The notes under the pieces were generated by a model. The model made no database searches. It saw only the letters and a list, made by a program, of their open reading frames with translations, and was not told the DNA's origin. From Mobula hypostoma (lineage: Eukaryota): a DNA stretch of 64,000 nucleotides. Of the stretch, positions 39,413 through 53,509 are shown piece by piece. The stretch covers positions 65,350,001 to 65,414,000 of the forward strand of contig NC_086097.1 in assembly GCF_963921235.1 (NCBI RefSeq), given 5' to 3'. Each line of letters opens with the position of its first letter. Within the stretch, counting starts at the first letter, position 1. The position numbers were made by a program, and so were the translations under genes.

Positions 39413-41369
39413 GATAATGATCTGGAATGAGACTCAGAACACCAACAGCTCTCTGCTGAAGTGATGATATTTCCATGAAGGTTCCAGAAAACCTAGGATT
39501 TATGTGTGAAGTGTAAACCCTGAATTTATTGGCTGAATTCTATGGTCAGTATCTCAGCTGCACTATGTAATTAGACTCCAAGAAGCACAACTGTTCCAAG
39601 GGATAAATGTGATTACATGGTCTTTCACATTTTGTAATTTGATTTTAGTTTGAATTGCAATTGTTTAAAATTGCTTTCAAGAAATTTAAATTTCTTCTAA
39701 AATTTTATTCACCTTATTTTGCAAAAAAGTTGAATTAATTTTGCATAGGTATTGAATAAGTCCAAATGTCAGAAACAACAATAAGTTCTTTGCAGCTTAT
39801 CAAATGGGAAAACTTGGTTGAGGGTCTTAATTGAGTGTCAAATTTTCTTCACAATGGCAAAATATTGTGCTAGGGCCTGATGTCATACATGGCAGCACTA
39901 ATAGGGATAGGATATTATTTACTAGCAAATCAATATTGGTGATCCAATATATGATATAAATATAAATGATAATCGGTCTATGGTGATTCACCTATTCAAG
40001 CACTAGTCAAATATTTGTTATGAATTTTAACTACATTCATAAAGGTCCCATTGACTTTTAAAGGACAGTGTAAAATAACTCTGAAGAATCAGAATCAGTC
40101 AGTTTGGTATCAGAGTGTAGCTATATCAATGCCAAATTTTACACGCAGTCCATTAATGATGGCAGTATTCCCAGGATCTCACTTAAACTGCAGATTTCTT
40201 GATATATAATTCCTTCTCACTCAACAAGTTCATAGCCGATCTGTGCTGGCCTCTGCACTGTGGCTTCAACTCCTCTATTTCTCTGTGTATCAAATATTGA
40301 TCCAGATCCACCTTAAATACTTGTAATGATCCTGCTTCCATCACCTTCCAGGACAGATATTTCGAGAGAACACCACAATCAACTTTCAAAGCATCTATTC
40401 TGATCCACTATCAAATGCAGCTGGTGATTTGAATCCCACTTTTTCTGAAACTATTCCCACAGTGGGAAGCACATAAGGATTCTTAGATGGAGAGGTAGAT
40501 GCTGAACTCTCAGGGAGCTATGCAATGTCAAGATGACCACTGGATCCAAGTAGTGGTTGTATGTGCTAAGGGCAATAATGGCAGCAAGATAAGGGTTGCT
40601 GTAGGATGAAGCCACAACCTCAGCTCTTGGCAATGGAATAGAATGGAGGATTCTGAAGCCAAAATGTTTGAAATTCACTAAATCGGCATAGCTGCAGAAA
40701 ATGCGGAAAAGCAATGTTGAATTGTGGTGCTAGTACCCAGTATTTTCTGCATTAATGATTGAATTCAGTGTTTTATCCCCCCAACTTGTTCAGTTAAGAA
40801 CTAGCTACAACACAACAGCACCATTTTTAACATATAAATAATACTACTATGATACATTCAAATTCTCTGAATTTGGGATTATGCTAAATCCATTAAATCT
40901 ACTTTCTTGCACTACACTTTCCTCCAACTCACCATCCAAAGTCACTTCCTCAACCATTCCATGGGAGGTTCATCTAACCTTATAAACACCTACACTGATT
41001 TTCAGAAATAAAATCTCAGATAGTCTGCATTGCAGAACCAATCAACATTTAAACAATAATGTTAAAAGCCATGACAACATTTTGCTGATAAATTTCTAAT
41101 GTCTCCATTGCTAGTTACCACAACAAAACATACAAGATATATCCTACTTCACTGAGAATTAACTGCGAAATTTAAAAATATATTTTTGCTAGCTTCTCCC
41201 ATACTTCTAAAATTATGTGCAGAATATGCAGAAGTCATAGTCGTTAGCAACCAGCTATCAGTTTTCTTCAAGCAAGTACTTCTGCTACACAGTGCAGAGT
41301 CTCTAGGGGTGGCGGGCGTGATTTGAAGACATTTAAAACAGTTTGTACCAACCAGTTTCCCTTCACCAT

Positions 41370-42886
41370 AACCCTCCTCCATATGGTAGAACTGGTCCTC
41401 ACGCTCAACATTTTTTCTTTCAGCTCCATCCATTTTCTCCAGACTTAGGGGGTAGCCACGGGCACCCAGCAATGCCTACTTCCTCATTGGTTCTGTAGAA
41501 CGGTCCATGTTCCAAGTTTTCCGCAGTAATGCTCACCACAACACTGCTGGCTGCACTGGTGTTGCTTCATGCACCCATGCTGAGCTCATCAATTTCATCT
41601 GTCTCCAACTTGCACCCTGCCCTTAAATTCACTTGGTCCATTTCTGACACCTCCTTTCCCTTTCTCCATCTCTCTGTCTCTATCTCTGGTCTGGAGACAG
41701 ACTGTCAACCAACATCTTTTATAAACACACTGATTCCCATAGTCATCTTGACTATATCTCTTCCCACGCTGTCTCCTGTAAAAATGTTATTTCCTTTTCT
41801 CATTTCCTTTGTCTCTGCCACATCTGTTCCTAGGATGTGGCTTTCCATTCTAGGACATCGGAGATGTCTTTTTTCAAAGAATGGGGTTTCCCTTCTTCCA
41901 TCATTAATGCTGCCCTCATCTGCATCTCTTCCATTCACCAAACATCTGTACTCACCCACCTTTCTGCCACCTTAACCATGATAGAGAGAGTCCTCTCGTC
42001 CTTACTTACCACCCTTGAGCCTCCGCATCAAACACATCATCTCAACAACTTCCAAAGGGACCTACCACCAAAAATATCTTTACCACTCCCCTCTACTTTC
42101 CACAGTGATTACTCTCTCCATGATTCCCTTGTTCACTCGTCACTCCCGGCACTTAACCCTGCAAGCGGACTAACTGCTACACCTGCCCAGTCACCTCTCC
42201 CCTCACCTCCATTCTGGGCTCCAAACAGTCCTTCCAGATGAGGCTGGGGTTGTCTATTGTGCCTGGCACTCCCAGATCAACCTCCTCTACATTCGTGAAT
42301 TGGGGGACTGCTTCATTGAGCACCTCCCCTCCATCTGCCAAAAGAGGAACTTCCCAGTGGCCAAACATTTTAATTCCAATTCCCATTCCCATACTGATAT
42401 TTTAGTCCACAACCAAGATAAGGCCACCCTTGGGGTAGAGGAGCAACAACTTATTTCATCTGGGTAGTTTCCAACCTGATGGCATGAATATCAATTTCTC
42501 CTTCTGGTAAAAAAAAAACCATCCTTTCCCCTCTTATCTTATTCCAACTATGGCCTCTTACCTCTTCTCACCCGTCTATTACTTCTTCCTGGATCCCTTC
42601 CTCCTTCCTTTTCTCCTCTGGTCCACTCTCCTCTCCTATCATATTCCTTCCTCTCCAGCCTTTTATCTTTCTTACCCACCTGGCTTCACCTATCAATTTC
42701 CAGCTATCCTCCTTCCCCTCCCACCACCTTTTTATTCTGGAGTCCTCCCCATTCCTGATGAAGGGTCTCGACCTGAAACGTTGACTGTTTATTCACTTCC
42801 ATAGATGCTGCCTGACTCGTGGGTACCTCCAGTATTTTGTGTGCGTTGCTTTGGATTTCCAGCATCAGCAGAATTTCTCGTGTTTA
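41370..42886 (+). mobile_element. Older Penelope-like element (RT thumb, GIY-YIG remnant, hammerhead, tail)
   Basis: GVATGT, LKFTWSISDTSFPFL, PVAKHFN and QPDGMNI remnants; CTGATGA...GAAAcGTT motif at 42751-42787. Confidence 0.85.
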
Positions 42887-44161
42887 TGATTTGTTGTACT
42901 TTAATGTTCCATAATCATGTTGCAACAAACAATCCAATATTCTCTGATAATGCATTTCTGGTCTGATTAGAGAATGAGGAATAATTGGAGTGGAATAAGT
43001 AAATCTAGTTAAGTGAGCATTTTAAAATCAGTCTGTCACTTTTCCACTTAAAACCCTTTGACCGTATTCTTGAGAGTACTGTAACACGTACAGGTGCTAC
43101 TTTTGCTGCACTGCTTGGCTGAAGGAGGTTTGATTTGCTTCTAATTGTACACCTTCTCATTCTTCTTGCACCAATAACCTAGGTGTGTGCCTCACATGTG
43201 GTCATGTTCTAAGTGAGGTTTAATTTCAGAAGATTTATCTCCATAACTAGGTAGAGACAAGTTTACTTCTGACTTGGAGATGTCCGACAAAATGTTTGCA
43301 AAGAAAAGCAAAGTGGATTTAATTTTGGAGGTGTCTCGCTGCCAGGCAATACCAGTAGGCAATGTACAAGTAAAACAGGCAGACAAAGTAGAAATTTATG
43401 ATAAACTGACCACTGTGGAAATAAGTCAGTGCCCAGTACTGTCCATAAGCTGAAATTCCTCAGATTCCTAGGTAGCCTGCCTTATGGACATTGGTCCCAA
43501 ACCCTGGGAATCAACATTTCATTCCTTTGGCCAATAAAATTGCCAAAAAGCAAAGGCACACTAAAATAACAATTTTGATCAAAACTTAACAAAAATGTAA
43601 AACACTTCTATAAAAACAGGTCAAGCAGAATTTATATTTACAAGTTATGAAAACTCTTTGGGTAGATAGCTGGGTGAAATGATTGTCATCAAGTCAATAG
43701 TGAACAGATTCCTGTTGAAGTAGCAAATTCTTCCTTTTACAAATCACTTTTACACCCCACTAATGCTATCCCCATCATATTTTTCATAAAACTTTCTGTT
43801 GTTCAATAATCATTAGCAGCATCAGAATTATATTCTTATTATTGCATAATGTGTACTTTTTCAGCAGGACAACAATGATACAAAATATGCTTTAAACCTC
43901 TCATTTCAAACTGTTATTTGCTTGCATTGAAAAAAATCTAAAACCAATTCCTTGCTAGCTGGTGCAAGCATGTTGAGAAAGGGGCAAATCTTACTCAACA
44001 GGGCATACTTTAATTCCCAGGGCTCTCATAAACAACTCCTAGAATTGATGACCTTTTCAGAGCTATCCAGGAAAATACCTAACTATGTAAAAATGCCTGT
44101 CTAATTTATTGATTCATTCTGAGTCATCATGAGAAACTCTTGAGGCCTAGCAGTTCCTTAC

Positions 44162-44299
44162 CCTGAGGCACTGTGGCCATGTTTGACATTAACAGAAAGT
44201 GCCTGACTTCATGGAGGCCCTTGGTACCTGCTGGTGCAATTCTCTAGCACAATGTTTATCTTGGATCAGCCTTCCAGCCAACTGTTTGTAATTGACCCT
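44162..44299 (-). other. Candidate 138-nt exon (UTR plus start codon, or non-coding)
   Basis: Branch-like cctaac, ttgtccctgtAG acceptor, CAGG|GTAAGG donor; aacATGG context reads MATVPQ into the donor. Confidence 0.3.
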
Positions 44300-47200
44300 C
44301 TACAGGGACAAGTTAGGATACGAACATGAACATTTTTTTTCTTCAACTCCATCAGTATTTATTTCCAACCCCCTTCATTCCCTTTCACATTGGCTCTGAA
44401 CCAAGCTGCTGTCATGACACAAAACAGTTTTAAAAGCAAATCCTGAAAAAGCTCAGGCTCTCCACTTGTGAATCCATACAATGCTTGTGTGCTTAAAATA
44501 GTTAAACTTCCACCTTGTGTGAGAGAAAGCACATCTAATTACCTTGTTGCTAATTTCTGCAAGCAAAATATCAAACTGACAGTTATCTCCAGATCAGTCA
44601 TCAGTCAATCTGGCATTTGGACTACAAGCACAACCACTAAATTAAAACTGAGGATGTGTGAATTTTGAAGGTTCTCTTCCTCAGGCAAATATTACCAGAT
44701 CCACATTTACTAAATTCATCACCTAATTCTGACTGCTTTCAGTTCTCTGGACAATGAAATCTAAGATCAATTCAGTAAATTCTTTTTTTAATTTAGAGAA
44801 TACAAGAATATAAAACACACCAGGATCTAATCAAACCAAATATAAATAATGCTCAGAAAAACTTCCACTGTTACCAACTATTGTTTGTTTTTTTAAAGCT
44901 TTCCTTTTGGCAGTAAAAATTAGTGCACATTTTGCTTGATTTTCAGCCTTCTGATTAAAACTGGCACAAATTCCCGGGTCTTCGGGATTAATCCCAGCAA
45001 GCATCAAGTTTTACTGAAAACAAGCTAACTTTGTCTTCTTCTGGTAACATGGATTAAAATGGAAATACGAGCAGCTGACAGCACTTTTTCCCTAAAAACA
45101 GGCCAAGATGACATAAGAAAAAATAAACAAGTAAATTAACCTGCAAAAGATCTGCATTTGCTTAAAATAATAGGATTGGCAAGTTAATCAGCCATTCAGA
45201 AAGGAGACTTGGCAGAGTTTCCAATTACAACACTATAAAGTTGGCTTCTGTAGGCCTTCTGAAGTTGTCTCTACTGTACATTTTCACTTAAAAATATCCT
45301 TTCAGATATGGGTAAAGTTATAATTGAATTACAACTAATTGGATAAATTCCACAAAAAAACCTGAAGTTTATTAGATTTTAAGGATGGAGTATTATTCCT
45401 TTTATTAAAGAAGCATAATGTTTGCTTGCACTCATTCCAACTTAAGGTCATAAAAACAAACTGGATTAGTGCCAATCTGTGGTGTGGCCTGTCCATACAG
45501 GTCCAATATATTCTCTTTTCATAAAGAAAACAAATCGTTGTTTAAAAAGAGGAGTATGCCTTTTCATTTGTCTGTTTTAATGTTAATTTACCTTTATTGT
45601 TCTGGAAGTCTTCTTAAATTTCATATTGAAATAATTAGGGAATCAATTTTCAAATCCAGCTAGGCCTAACTCATTTTGCCTGGGCTCCAGGTCAACAGAC
45701 ATAGTCATGAGTCTGATACATCTGTCATTGTACAATGTGCTGTCTGAGATGAGGGGTCAAGCTGCAGGTGCACAAGAATATACAGCTGCAGTCTATTCAG
45801 CCCACCCATGTGCAATAGTGGAAGTTTAACAGGTAGTAGTATTCCTCCTTTAATTTCTTAGTCAAAAAAAGAAACCTTTATGGTTTTGTTTATTCTTGAC
45901 AACATTGTAGAAACAGTAATTTTACAACCTCATATGGCTAATTAAGAAATGGGCATTCACAATGAACTTCATACATTTTACTACCAATAATTTCAAAGAA
46001 GTACCTAACTTTATATAAATACAAACAAAATATAGGCTGCTTCTGTAAGGACAGAGTAGAAAATGTAAACCAGCCAGCTGCGAAATGAAATATTTTCCAA
46101 TCATCATGGAAAATGTTAAGTGTCCATCATTCTCAATTATCACTTGTAGTAGTTTTAACATTAATAAACAAAAGCATCCACATATAGATTTTTTTTAGAT
46201 TTCATTTTTCAGGAAGTGTGCATCAACACCGAAGCCAGCACTAACAGCCTGACTTCAACTGAGTGGATCACAAGGGTACATGGTAGTTGTACATGCTAAT
46301 TTATAGTGAACCACATTATTGTGGATCTAGTGTCACGTAAAGACTGAACAAAGCTGTAAAATTTCCCCCTCAATATCAGTCTTTCTTAAATGACTTTTTA
46401 GTAGTTTGTGCTCATCACCACAAGGACTTGTGTTATGGTTTACCAGATAACTTGCCTCCCAACACACTGTGACCTAATGGCCTTCTCAGGCAGGATATTC
46501 ATCTACAGAAAAAAAAAATGAAGCTTTCAAGCCAATGATTTGAATTATTCTTTGTGAATTAACAATGATGGAATTCTTCACCTTTTGCAGTGAAAAATTA
46601 TTCTACACCTCCAAAACAGTTTAGACTATTTCCTTGCATTGTTTTTAATTGTTCACCATATAAAAAGTAAAATAATGTTTACATCATGAATAATTTAGTT
46701 TTTTCTATAGAAGCCTTTTTGTATCAGGTCAATCAGTTCCTTCTTCTTAGGAGGTTCCTTGAGATTGAGGATAATTCACCAGTAATGACAACAAATTATG
46801 TAATTTAATGGTAAATTTTGAAACATGCACCCATTGTAGCATGTAGAGTTTTCAGTTTGGTCAACTGTTTTCTCCCCCAATCAGAATTGTACTTATATCC
46901 ACTTTTCCAAATTTAAAACAATAAAAACTACAAGACTGTATCCATACAGAATCATTTTTCAGCCCCCATGTTAACTCAAAATTATTTGCACTTTCTCTAC
47001 ACCTTTTCTCAGATGCTAGCTAGCTTCAGTGTTCCCATTTTCCAGAACAACACTTCTTACAACCACACATTTCCATCCCCAATTCTCCTTCAGCCAGGAT
47101 TCCTAAATATCAATTTTCTGTAATGGCAGGTTGATGGTATCAAGCCACAATCTTCACTATATAATAGTGAAAATGATGAGGTCATCACAATTCAACAAGG

Positions 47201-47721
47201 AATAAAAAGTATAAAAAGCTGCCAGACTCTGCAATATTCCATGGTCAATTCCTGGAAACTTCCAATTAACCAAAGAAAGGGTTAATCAACACTAACATTG
47301 ACTATTATTTTGCTATTTCTTGATTCTATAGCTGCTACCCCACTTCTCTCATGTTCTAGACAATTAATCTACTTCAAAATTTTTATCATTTCTGTATCAA
47401 ATAACATCGTCCTACACATCCCTTTATTGCTATTACTGATATGTACTGAAGTGTGCATTTTTAAACATCTATCTACAAATAGGCTTTGGAAAATAAAATA
47501 AACTAATATTTTGGTAAAAATATTTTAGTATTTGCATGGAAAAGATATTCTAAAATGAATCAGTTTTTATCAATGCAAAAGATTCTATATTTAATTTCTT
47601 CACAAAGACTAATAAAACCATTTTATATAAAAATCATAATTCTGTGAAAAGAACATCCAAAATATTTTCTCACACAAAGAAATTCCAATCCTTTCAAGCA
47701 AGCAAAAGATGTGCTGGAGAC

Positions 47722-47961
47722 TATTGTGTATTTAACATGTCAGTAATATTTGGGTAATATTGTACATATTGTTTGATTAAGCAATCCTTGTTTGTTTACA
47801 TAATCATTATGGGTTATATGAAAGAAGAATACAAATTGCATTCGTTATTATGCCATCGCATCATATGGAGCACCTTACTAAAAAGAAAACTTAAAGTTCA
47901 TGAGTATCCCCAGCTCCCATATTTTCTTTTCAATTAGATTCTGGAGTTACAAAACATAACA
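47722..47961. mobile_element. Solo LTR (240 bp) with 5-bp TSD
   Basis: Ends tattgtgt...acataaca (imperfect inverted termini, CA end); TSD gagac at 47717-47721 and 47962-47966. Confidence 0.7.
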
Positions 47962-48620
47962 GAGACACTCCATGTCAGTTCTCCTAGACAGAAGACTAGA
48001 TTGAAGATTGTGAATGCAGTGGGAAGAACCTCAGAAAAGATTCGTTATGTTGAGGATGAATTGGCTTTGTTCTCAGTCCTATTTCTTGGTACTCCTATGC
48101 TTTTAAAAAGTTCAATGCCAGTCCAGACAGACAAGTATGGTGGACTTCTCCTTGACTATTTTGTCAATGGGGCAAGTTAAACCTCCCTTTCTGAAGTACG
48201 GGAGATTACAGCTAACTTTAGTAGCACATAGAGAAAGGGAACTTTAAATTATTTCTCCAAGTGTATTACACAGAACAGTACAGCATGGTACAGGCCATTT
48301 GGCCCACAATTTTGTGCCTACCTTTCAACCTAATCAAAGATCAATCCAACAATTCCCTTCATTTATCTTTCTCCAAGTATTTAATCTAAGAGTCTTGTAA
48401 ATGACTCTAATGTATCTGCTTCCACCACCAACCCTGGCAGTGCATTCTATGCCTTCTGTGTAAAAAATACTTACCGATAACAAACCTCTATACCAACAGA
48501 AGAGACCTTCCATGTCAATTCTCCTAGACAGAAGACTTATTCAGATTGTGAATGCTGTGGGCAGAACCTCAGAAAAATCTCATTATGTTGAGGATGAATT
48601 GGCTTTCTTCCCAGTCCCAT
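47962..48620 (+). repeat. ~120-bp dispersed direct duplication (47962-48082 and ~48503-48620)
   Basis: ccatgtca.ttctcctagacagaagact...gattgtgaatgc.gtggg.agaacctcagaaaa...atgttgaggatgaattggcttt occurs twice. Confidence 0.9.
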
Positions 48621-49181
48621 GCTGACTACTCCTAAGCAGTCCCTGTCTATTCAAATGCTCATATATCTGGTTCCTCTGAATACCTTCCAATTACTGTTCC
48701 ACCACCAATATCGGGTTTAGTTCCAGAATATTTCTTAAACAGGAGAACACTAGCTATCCTCTTATCCTTCAGTACCTCATCCGTCACTAAGGAAGATTTA
48801 AATATCTCTGCTACGGCCGTTGCAATTTCTACACTTCCCTCCCACAAGATTATCCACCTTAATTTGCCTCAAGACAGTAAACGCCTCCTCTTCTATAATC
48901 TGTATAGGATCCATGACCTTGCTGTTGCTTACCTCACTTCTAAAGACTCTGTGTCCCTCTCCTGGGTAAATATTGATGCAAAAAAATGCATTTAAGATCT
49001 CCCTCATCTCTTTTGGCTCCATGCATTCTGCTCTTCCAGGGGACTAATTTTGTCCCTTGCAACACTTTTGCTCTTCTCATATCTGAAGAAACCCTTAGGA
49101 TTCACCTTCACCTTGTTTGCTCAGGCAAATTCATGCCTCGTTTTAGCCCTCCTGATTTCTTTCTTAAGTGTTCTCTTGCAT

Positions 49182-51341
49182 TTAGACCATAAGACAATAA
49201 GACAAAGGAGAAGAAGTCGGCCATTCGGCCCATCGAGTCTGCTCCGCCATTTTATCATGAGCTGATCTATTCTCCCATTTAGTCCCACTCCCCCGCCTTC
49301 TCACCATAACTTTTGATGCCCTGGCTACTCAGATATCCATCAATCTCTGCCTTAAATACACCCAATGACTTGGCCCCCACTGCTACCCATGGCAACAAAT
49401 TCCATAGATTCACCACCCTCTGGCTAAAAAAGTTTCTTCGCATTTCTGTTCTGAATGGGCGCCCTTCAATCCTTAAGTCATGCCCTCTTGTACTAGACTC
49501 CCTCATCATGGGAAACAACTTTGCCACATCCACTCTGTCCATGCCTTTCAACATTTGAAATGTTTCTATGAGGTCTCCCCTCATTCTTCGAAACTCCAAG
49601 GAATACAGTCCAAGAGCGGACAAATGTTCCTCATACGTTAACCCTCTCATTCCTGGAATCATTCTAGTGAATCTTCTCTGTACCCTCTCCAAGGTCAGCA
49701 CATCCTTTCTTAAATAAGGAGACCAAAACTGCCCACAGTGCTCCAGGTGAGGTCTCACCAGTGCCTTATAGAGCCTCAACATCATATCCCTGCTCCCATA
49801 CTCTATTCCTCTAGAAATGAATGCCAACATTCATCCCTTCGTCCTGATGAAGGGTCTCGTTCTGAAACGTCAACTGTACCTCTTCCTAGAGATGCTGCCT
49901 AGCCTGCTGCGTTCACCAGCAACTTTGACGTGTGTTGCTTGAATTTCCAGCATCTGCAGAATTCCTGCTGTTTGCCAACATTGCACTCACCTTCTTCACC
50001 ACTGACTCAACCTGGAGGTTAACCTTAAAGGTATCCTGTACAAGGACTCCCAAGTCCCATTGCATCTCAGAACTTTGAATTCTCTCCCCATTTAAATAAT
50101 AGTCTGCCCATTTATTTCTTCTGCCAAAGTGCATAGCCATACACTTTCCAACAATGTATTTCATTTGCCACTTTGCCCATTCTTCCAATCTATCCAAGTC
50201 TCTCTGCAGACTCTCCGTTTCCTCAGCACTACTGGCCCCTCCACCTGTCTTCGTATCGTCAGCAAACTTAGCCACAAAGCCATCTATTCCATAATCCAAA
50301 TCGTTCATGTACAATGTAAAAAGAAGCGGCCCCAACACGGACCCCTGTGGAACACCACTGGTAACTGGCAGCCAACCAGAATAGGATCCCTTTATTCCCA
50401 CTCTCTGTTTCCTGCCAATCAGCCAACGCTCTATCCACGTATGTAACTTTCCCGTAATTCCATGGGCTCTTATCTTGTTAAGTTGCCTCATGTGTGGCAC
50501 CTTGTCAAAGGCCTTCTGAAAATCCAAATATACAACATCCACTACATCTCCCTTGTCCAGCCTACTTGTAATTTCCTCAAAAAATGGTAATAGGTTTGTC
50601 AGGCAGGATTTTCCTTTAAGGGATCCATGCTGAGTTTTGCCTATGTTGTCATATACCTCCAGGTACTCTGTAACCTCGTCCTTGACAATCGACTCCAACA
50701 ACTTCCCAACCACCGATGTCAAGCTAACAAGTCTATAATTTCCTTTTTGCTTCCTTGCCCTCTTCTTAAATAGCAGAGTGACATTTGCAAACTTCCAGTC
50801 CTCCGGAACCATGCCAGAATCTATCGACTTTTGAAAGATCATCGCTAATGCCTCCGCAATCTCCACAGCTACTTCCTTCAGAAGACGAGGGTGCATTCCA
50901 TCTGGTCCGGGAGATTTATCTACCTTTAGACTATTCAGTTTCCTAAGTACTTTCTCTGTCGTAATTGTGACTGCGCACACTTCTCATCCTTGCCACCCCT
51001 GAGTGTCCAGTATACTGCTGATGTCTTCCTCAGTGAAGACTGATGCAAAATACTCGTTCAGTTCCTCCATCTCCTTACCTCCCATTACAATTTCTCCAGC
51101 ATCCTTTTCTATTGGTCCTATATCTACTCTCACCTGTCTTTTACACTTTATATACTTGAAAAAGCTTTTAGTATCCTCTTTGATATTATTTGCTAGCTTC
51201 CTTCCATAGTCAATCTTTTCCCTCTTAATGACCACCTTAGTTTCCTTTTGTAAGCTTTTAAAAACTTCCCAATCCTCTGTCTTCCCACTAATTTTTGCTC
51301 CCTTGTATGCCCTCTCCTTTGCTTTAACTTTTGGCTTTGAC
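49182..51341 (-). mobile_element. Young CR1 nested in the older CR1
   Basis: RT ORF 49913-50980 (KSPGPDG, YLDFQKAFDKV, VPQGSVLGP, FADD) and C-terminal ORF 49279-49830; tail near 49185. Confidence 0.95.
49832..49972 (+). mobile_element. 141-bp mini-PLE insert (hammerhead + tail) with 10-bp TSD
   Basis: TSD tgccaacatt at 49822-49831 and 49973-49982; gtc-CTGATGA...GAAA-cGTC at 49841-49876. Confidence 0.9.
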
Positions 51342-53509
51342 TTCTCTTATATTCCATCTGTGCCTCATTTGTTCCTACATGTCCATACCTGCCATGCATC
51401 TTCTTTTTTATATTAATCAGGGCCTCAATATCTCTTTAAAACCAAGGTTCCCTAAACTTGTTATCTTTACCTTTAATTCTGATAGGCACATGCAAGTTTT
51501 GTACTCTCAAAATTTTACTTTTAAAGCCTCATACTTACCGAGTACACCTTTGCCAGAAAAATGACCTGTCCCAATCCACATTTACCAGAATCTTTCTGAT
51601 ACCATCACAATTGGCCTTTCTCCAATTCAGAATCTCTACCCAATGACCAGACCTATCCTTTTCCATAATTACCTTGAAATTAGTGGCATTATGATCACGA
51701 GGTGCAAAACTTCTCCTACGCAGACTTGCCCTCTCTCATTCACTAATAGCAGATCAGATATTGCACATTCTCTCATTGAGATTTCTATAGACTGATTAAG
51801 GAAACTTTGCTGAACATATTTGACAAACTCTTTCCCATCTAGACCTTTTACAGTATGGGAGTCCCAGTCAATATGTGAAAAGTTACAATCAGCTACTATA
51901 ACACTCATTAAGTTTTTTGCAATAGTCTGCAATCTCTCTGAAAATGCATTCTCTTAAACCCCGCAAACTGTTGGGTGGTCTATAATATAGCCCCATTAAT
52001 CTGGTCATATCTTCCTTATTCCTCATTTCCACCTACAAAGCCTCACTAGACGAGTCTTCCAGTCTGACCTGACTGAGCACTGACGTGACATTTTCCCTGA
52101 CTAGAAACGCCACACTTCCCCTTTCAGTCCTCCTACCCTGAGGAGTCTAAAACAATGGAACCCATAATATTGAACTGCAAGTTCAGCCCCTCCTGCAATC
52201 AAGTCTCACTAATGTCTACAACATCATAATTCTATACGTTGATCCATGTGCTGAGCTCATCTGCCTTTCCTACAATACTTCTTACATTGAAGTATACGCA
52301 GCTCAGGATGTTACCTGCACCATGCTCAACATTTAGATTCCTGACTTTGACTGAGATCTTAACAACATCTGTGTCCATAACTTCTCTGTTGTGGCACTCT
52401 TGTTTCAAACCCCTTACAACTCTAATTTAAGTGCCTCCCCACTACCGCCAGCCCCACTCCCTCACCCCCATGCGGCACTGGCAAATCTTCCCATGAGGAT
52501 ATTAGTCCCCCACCAGTTCAGGTGCAAATCGGCTCTTCTGTACAGATCCCACCTTCCCTGGAAGAGAGCCCAATGATCCAAAAATATGACACCTTTCCTC
52601 CTACACCACGTGTTAAATTGTATGATCTTTCTACTTCTAGTCACGCTAGTATATGGCTCAGGTAGCAATCCTGAAGTCACAACAGATACTGTCCTTTAAC
52701 TTAGCACCTAACCCCCTTAACTCTGCAGAACCTCATCACTCTTCCTATCTGTGTCACTGTTAGCTACATGGACCTTGACTTCTGGCTGCTCACTCTCCCA
52801 CTTAAGAATGCTGAGGACTCGATTTGAGATGTCATGGACCCTGGTAAGTAGGAGGCAACTTACCATCCAGGAATCTCATTCTTGTCCGCAGAACTTCCTT
52901 TCTGTCCCTGTAACTTACAAGTCCCCGATCACCATAATTCACCTATTCTCCTCCTTCCCTTATGAGTCACAGAGCCAGAGTCAGTACCAGAAACCTGACT
53001 GCTGTGACTTTTCTCTGCTAGGTCATCCTCAATTGTATTCGAAGTGGTATACCTGTTGTTGAGGAGGATGGCCACAGTGATACTCTACACCTGTTGTTTT
53101 ACCACCTTTTCCATTCCTGACTGTCACCCAGATTCCTGTGTCGTGCACCTACCTCTCTATATATCTTATCTATCAACCCCTCAGCCTCCTGAATAATCCG
53201 GAGTTCATTCAGTTCCAGCTCCAGCTCCAACTCCTTAATGCGGAATGTTAGAAGCTGTAGCTGGATGCAGGTGAATCTGTCAGGGACACTGGAGGTCTCC
53301 CTGCCTTTCCACATCCGGCAAGAGGAGCTTTCAACTATCTTGTCTGGTATCCCAACTTTTCAAACTGTGCAAATATAAAGAGAGAAATAATAAATAAACG
53401 GGGGGGGGGGGGGAATCTACATGTAGCTTTTTTGCCTTCTCTCCCTCAAACCTCACCATGCTAAAGCCTCAAAGAGCTGAAGCCTCAAATAAACACCAAC
53501 ACTGGTCAA

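Larger units (their letters stand above)
48268..53480 (-). mobile_element. Long decayed CR1 with ORF1 remnants (leucine zipper + SGNH esterase), internally deleted
   Basis: 53099-53314 QLQLL..RIKELELEL; 52462-52680 SGLLP...WCRR.G..FLDHW...DLHLN..GT; 51669-51932 endonuclease remnant. Confidence 0.85.
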
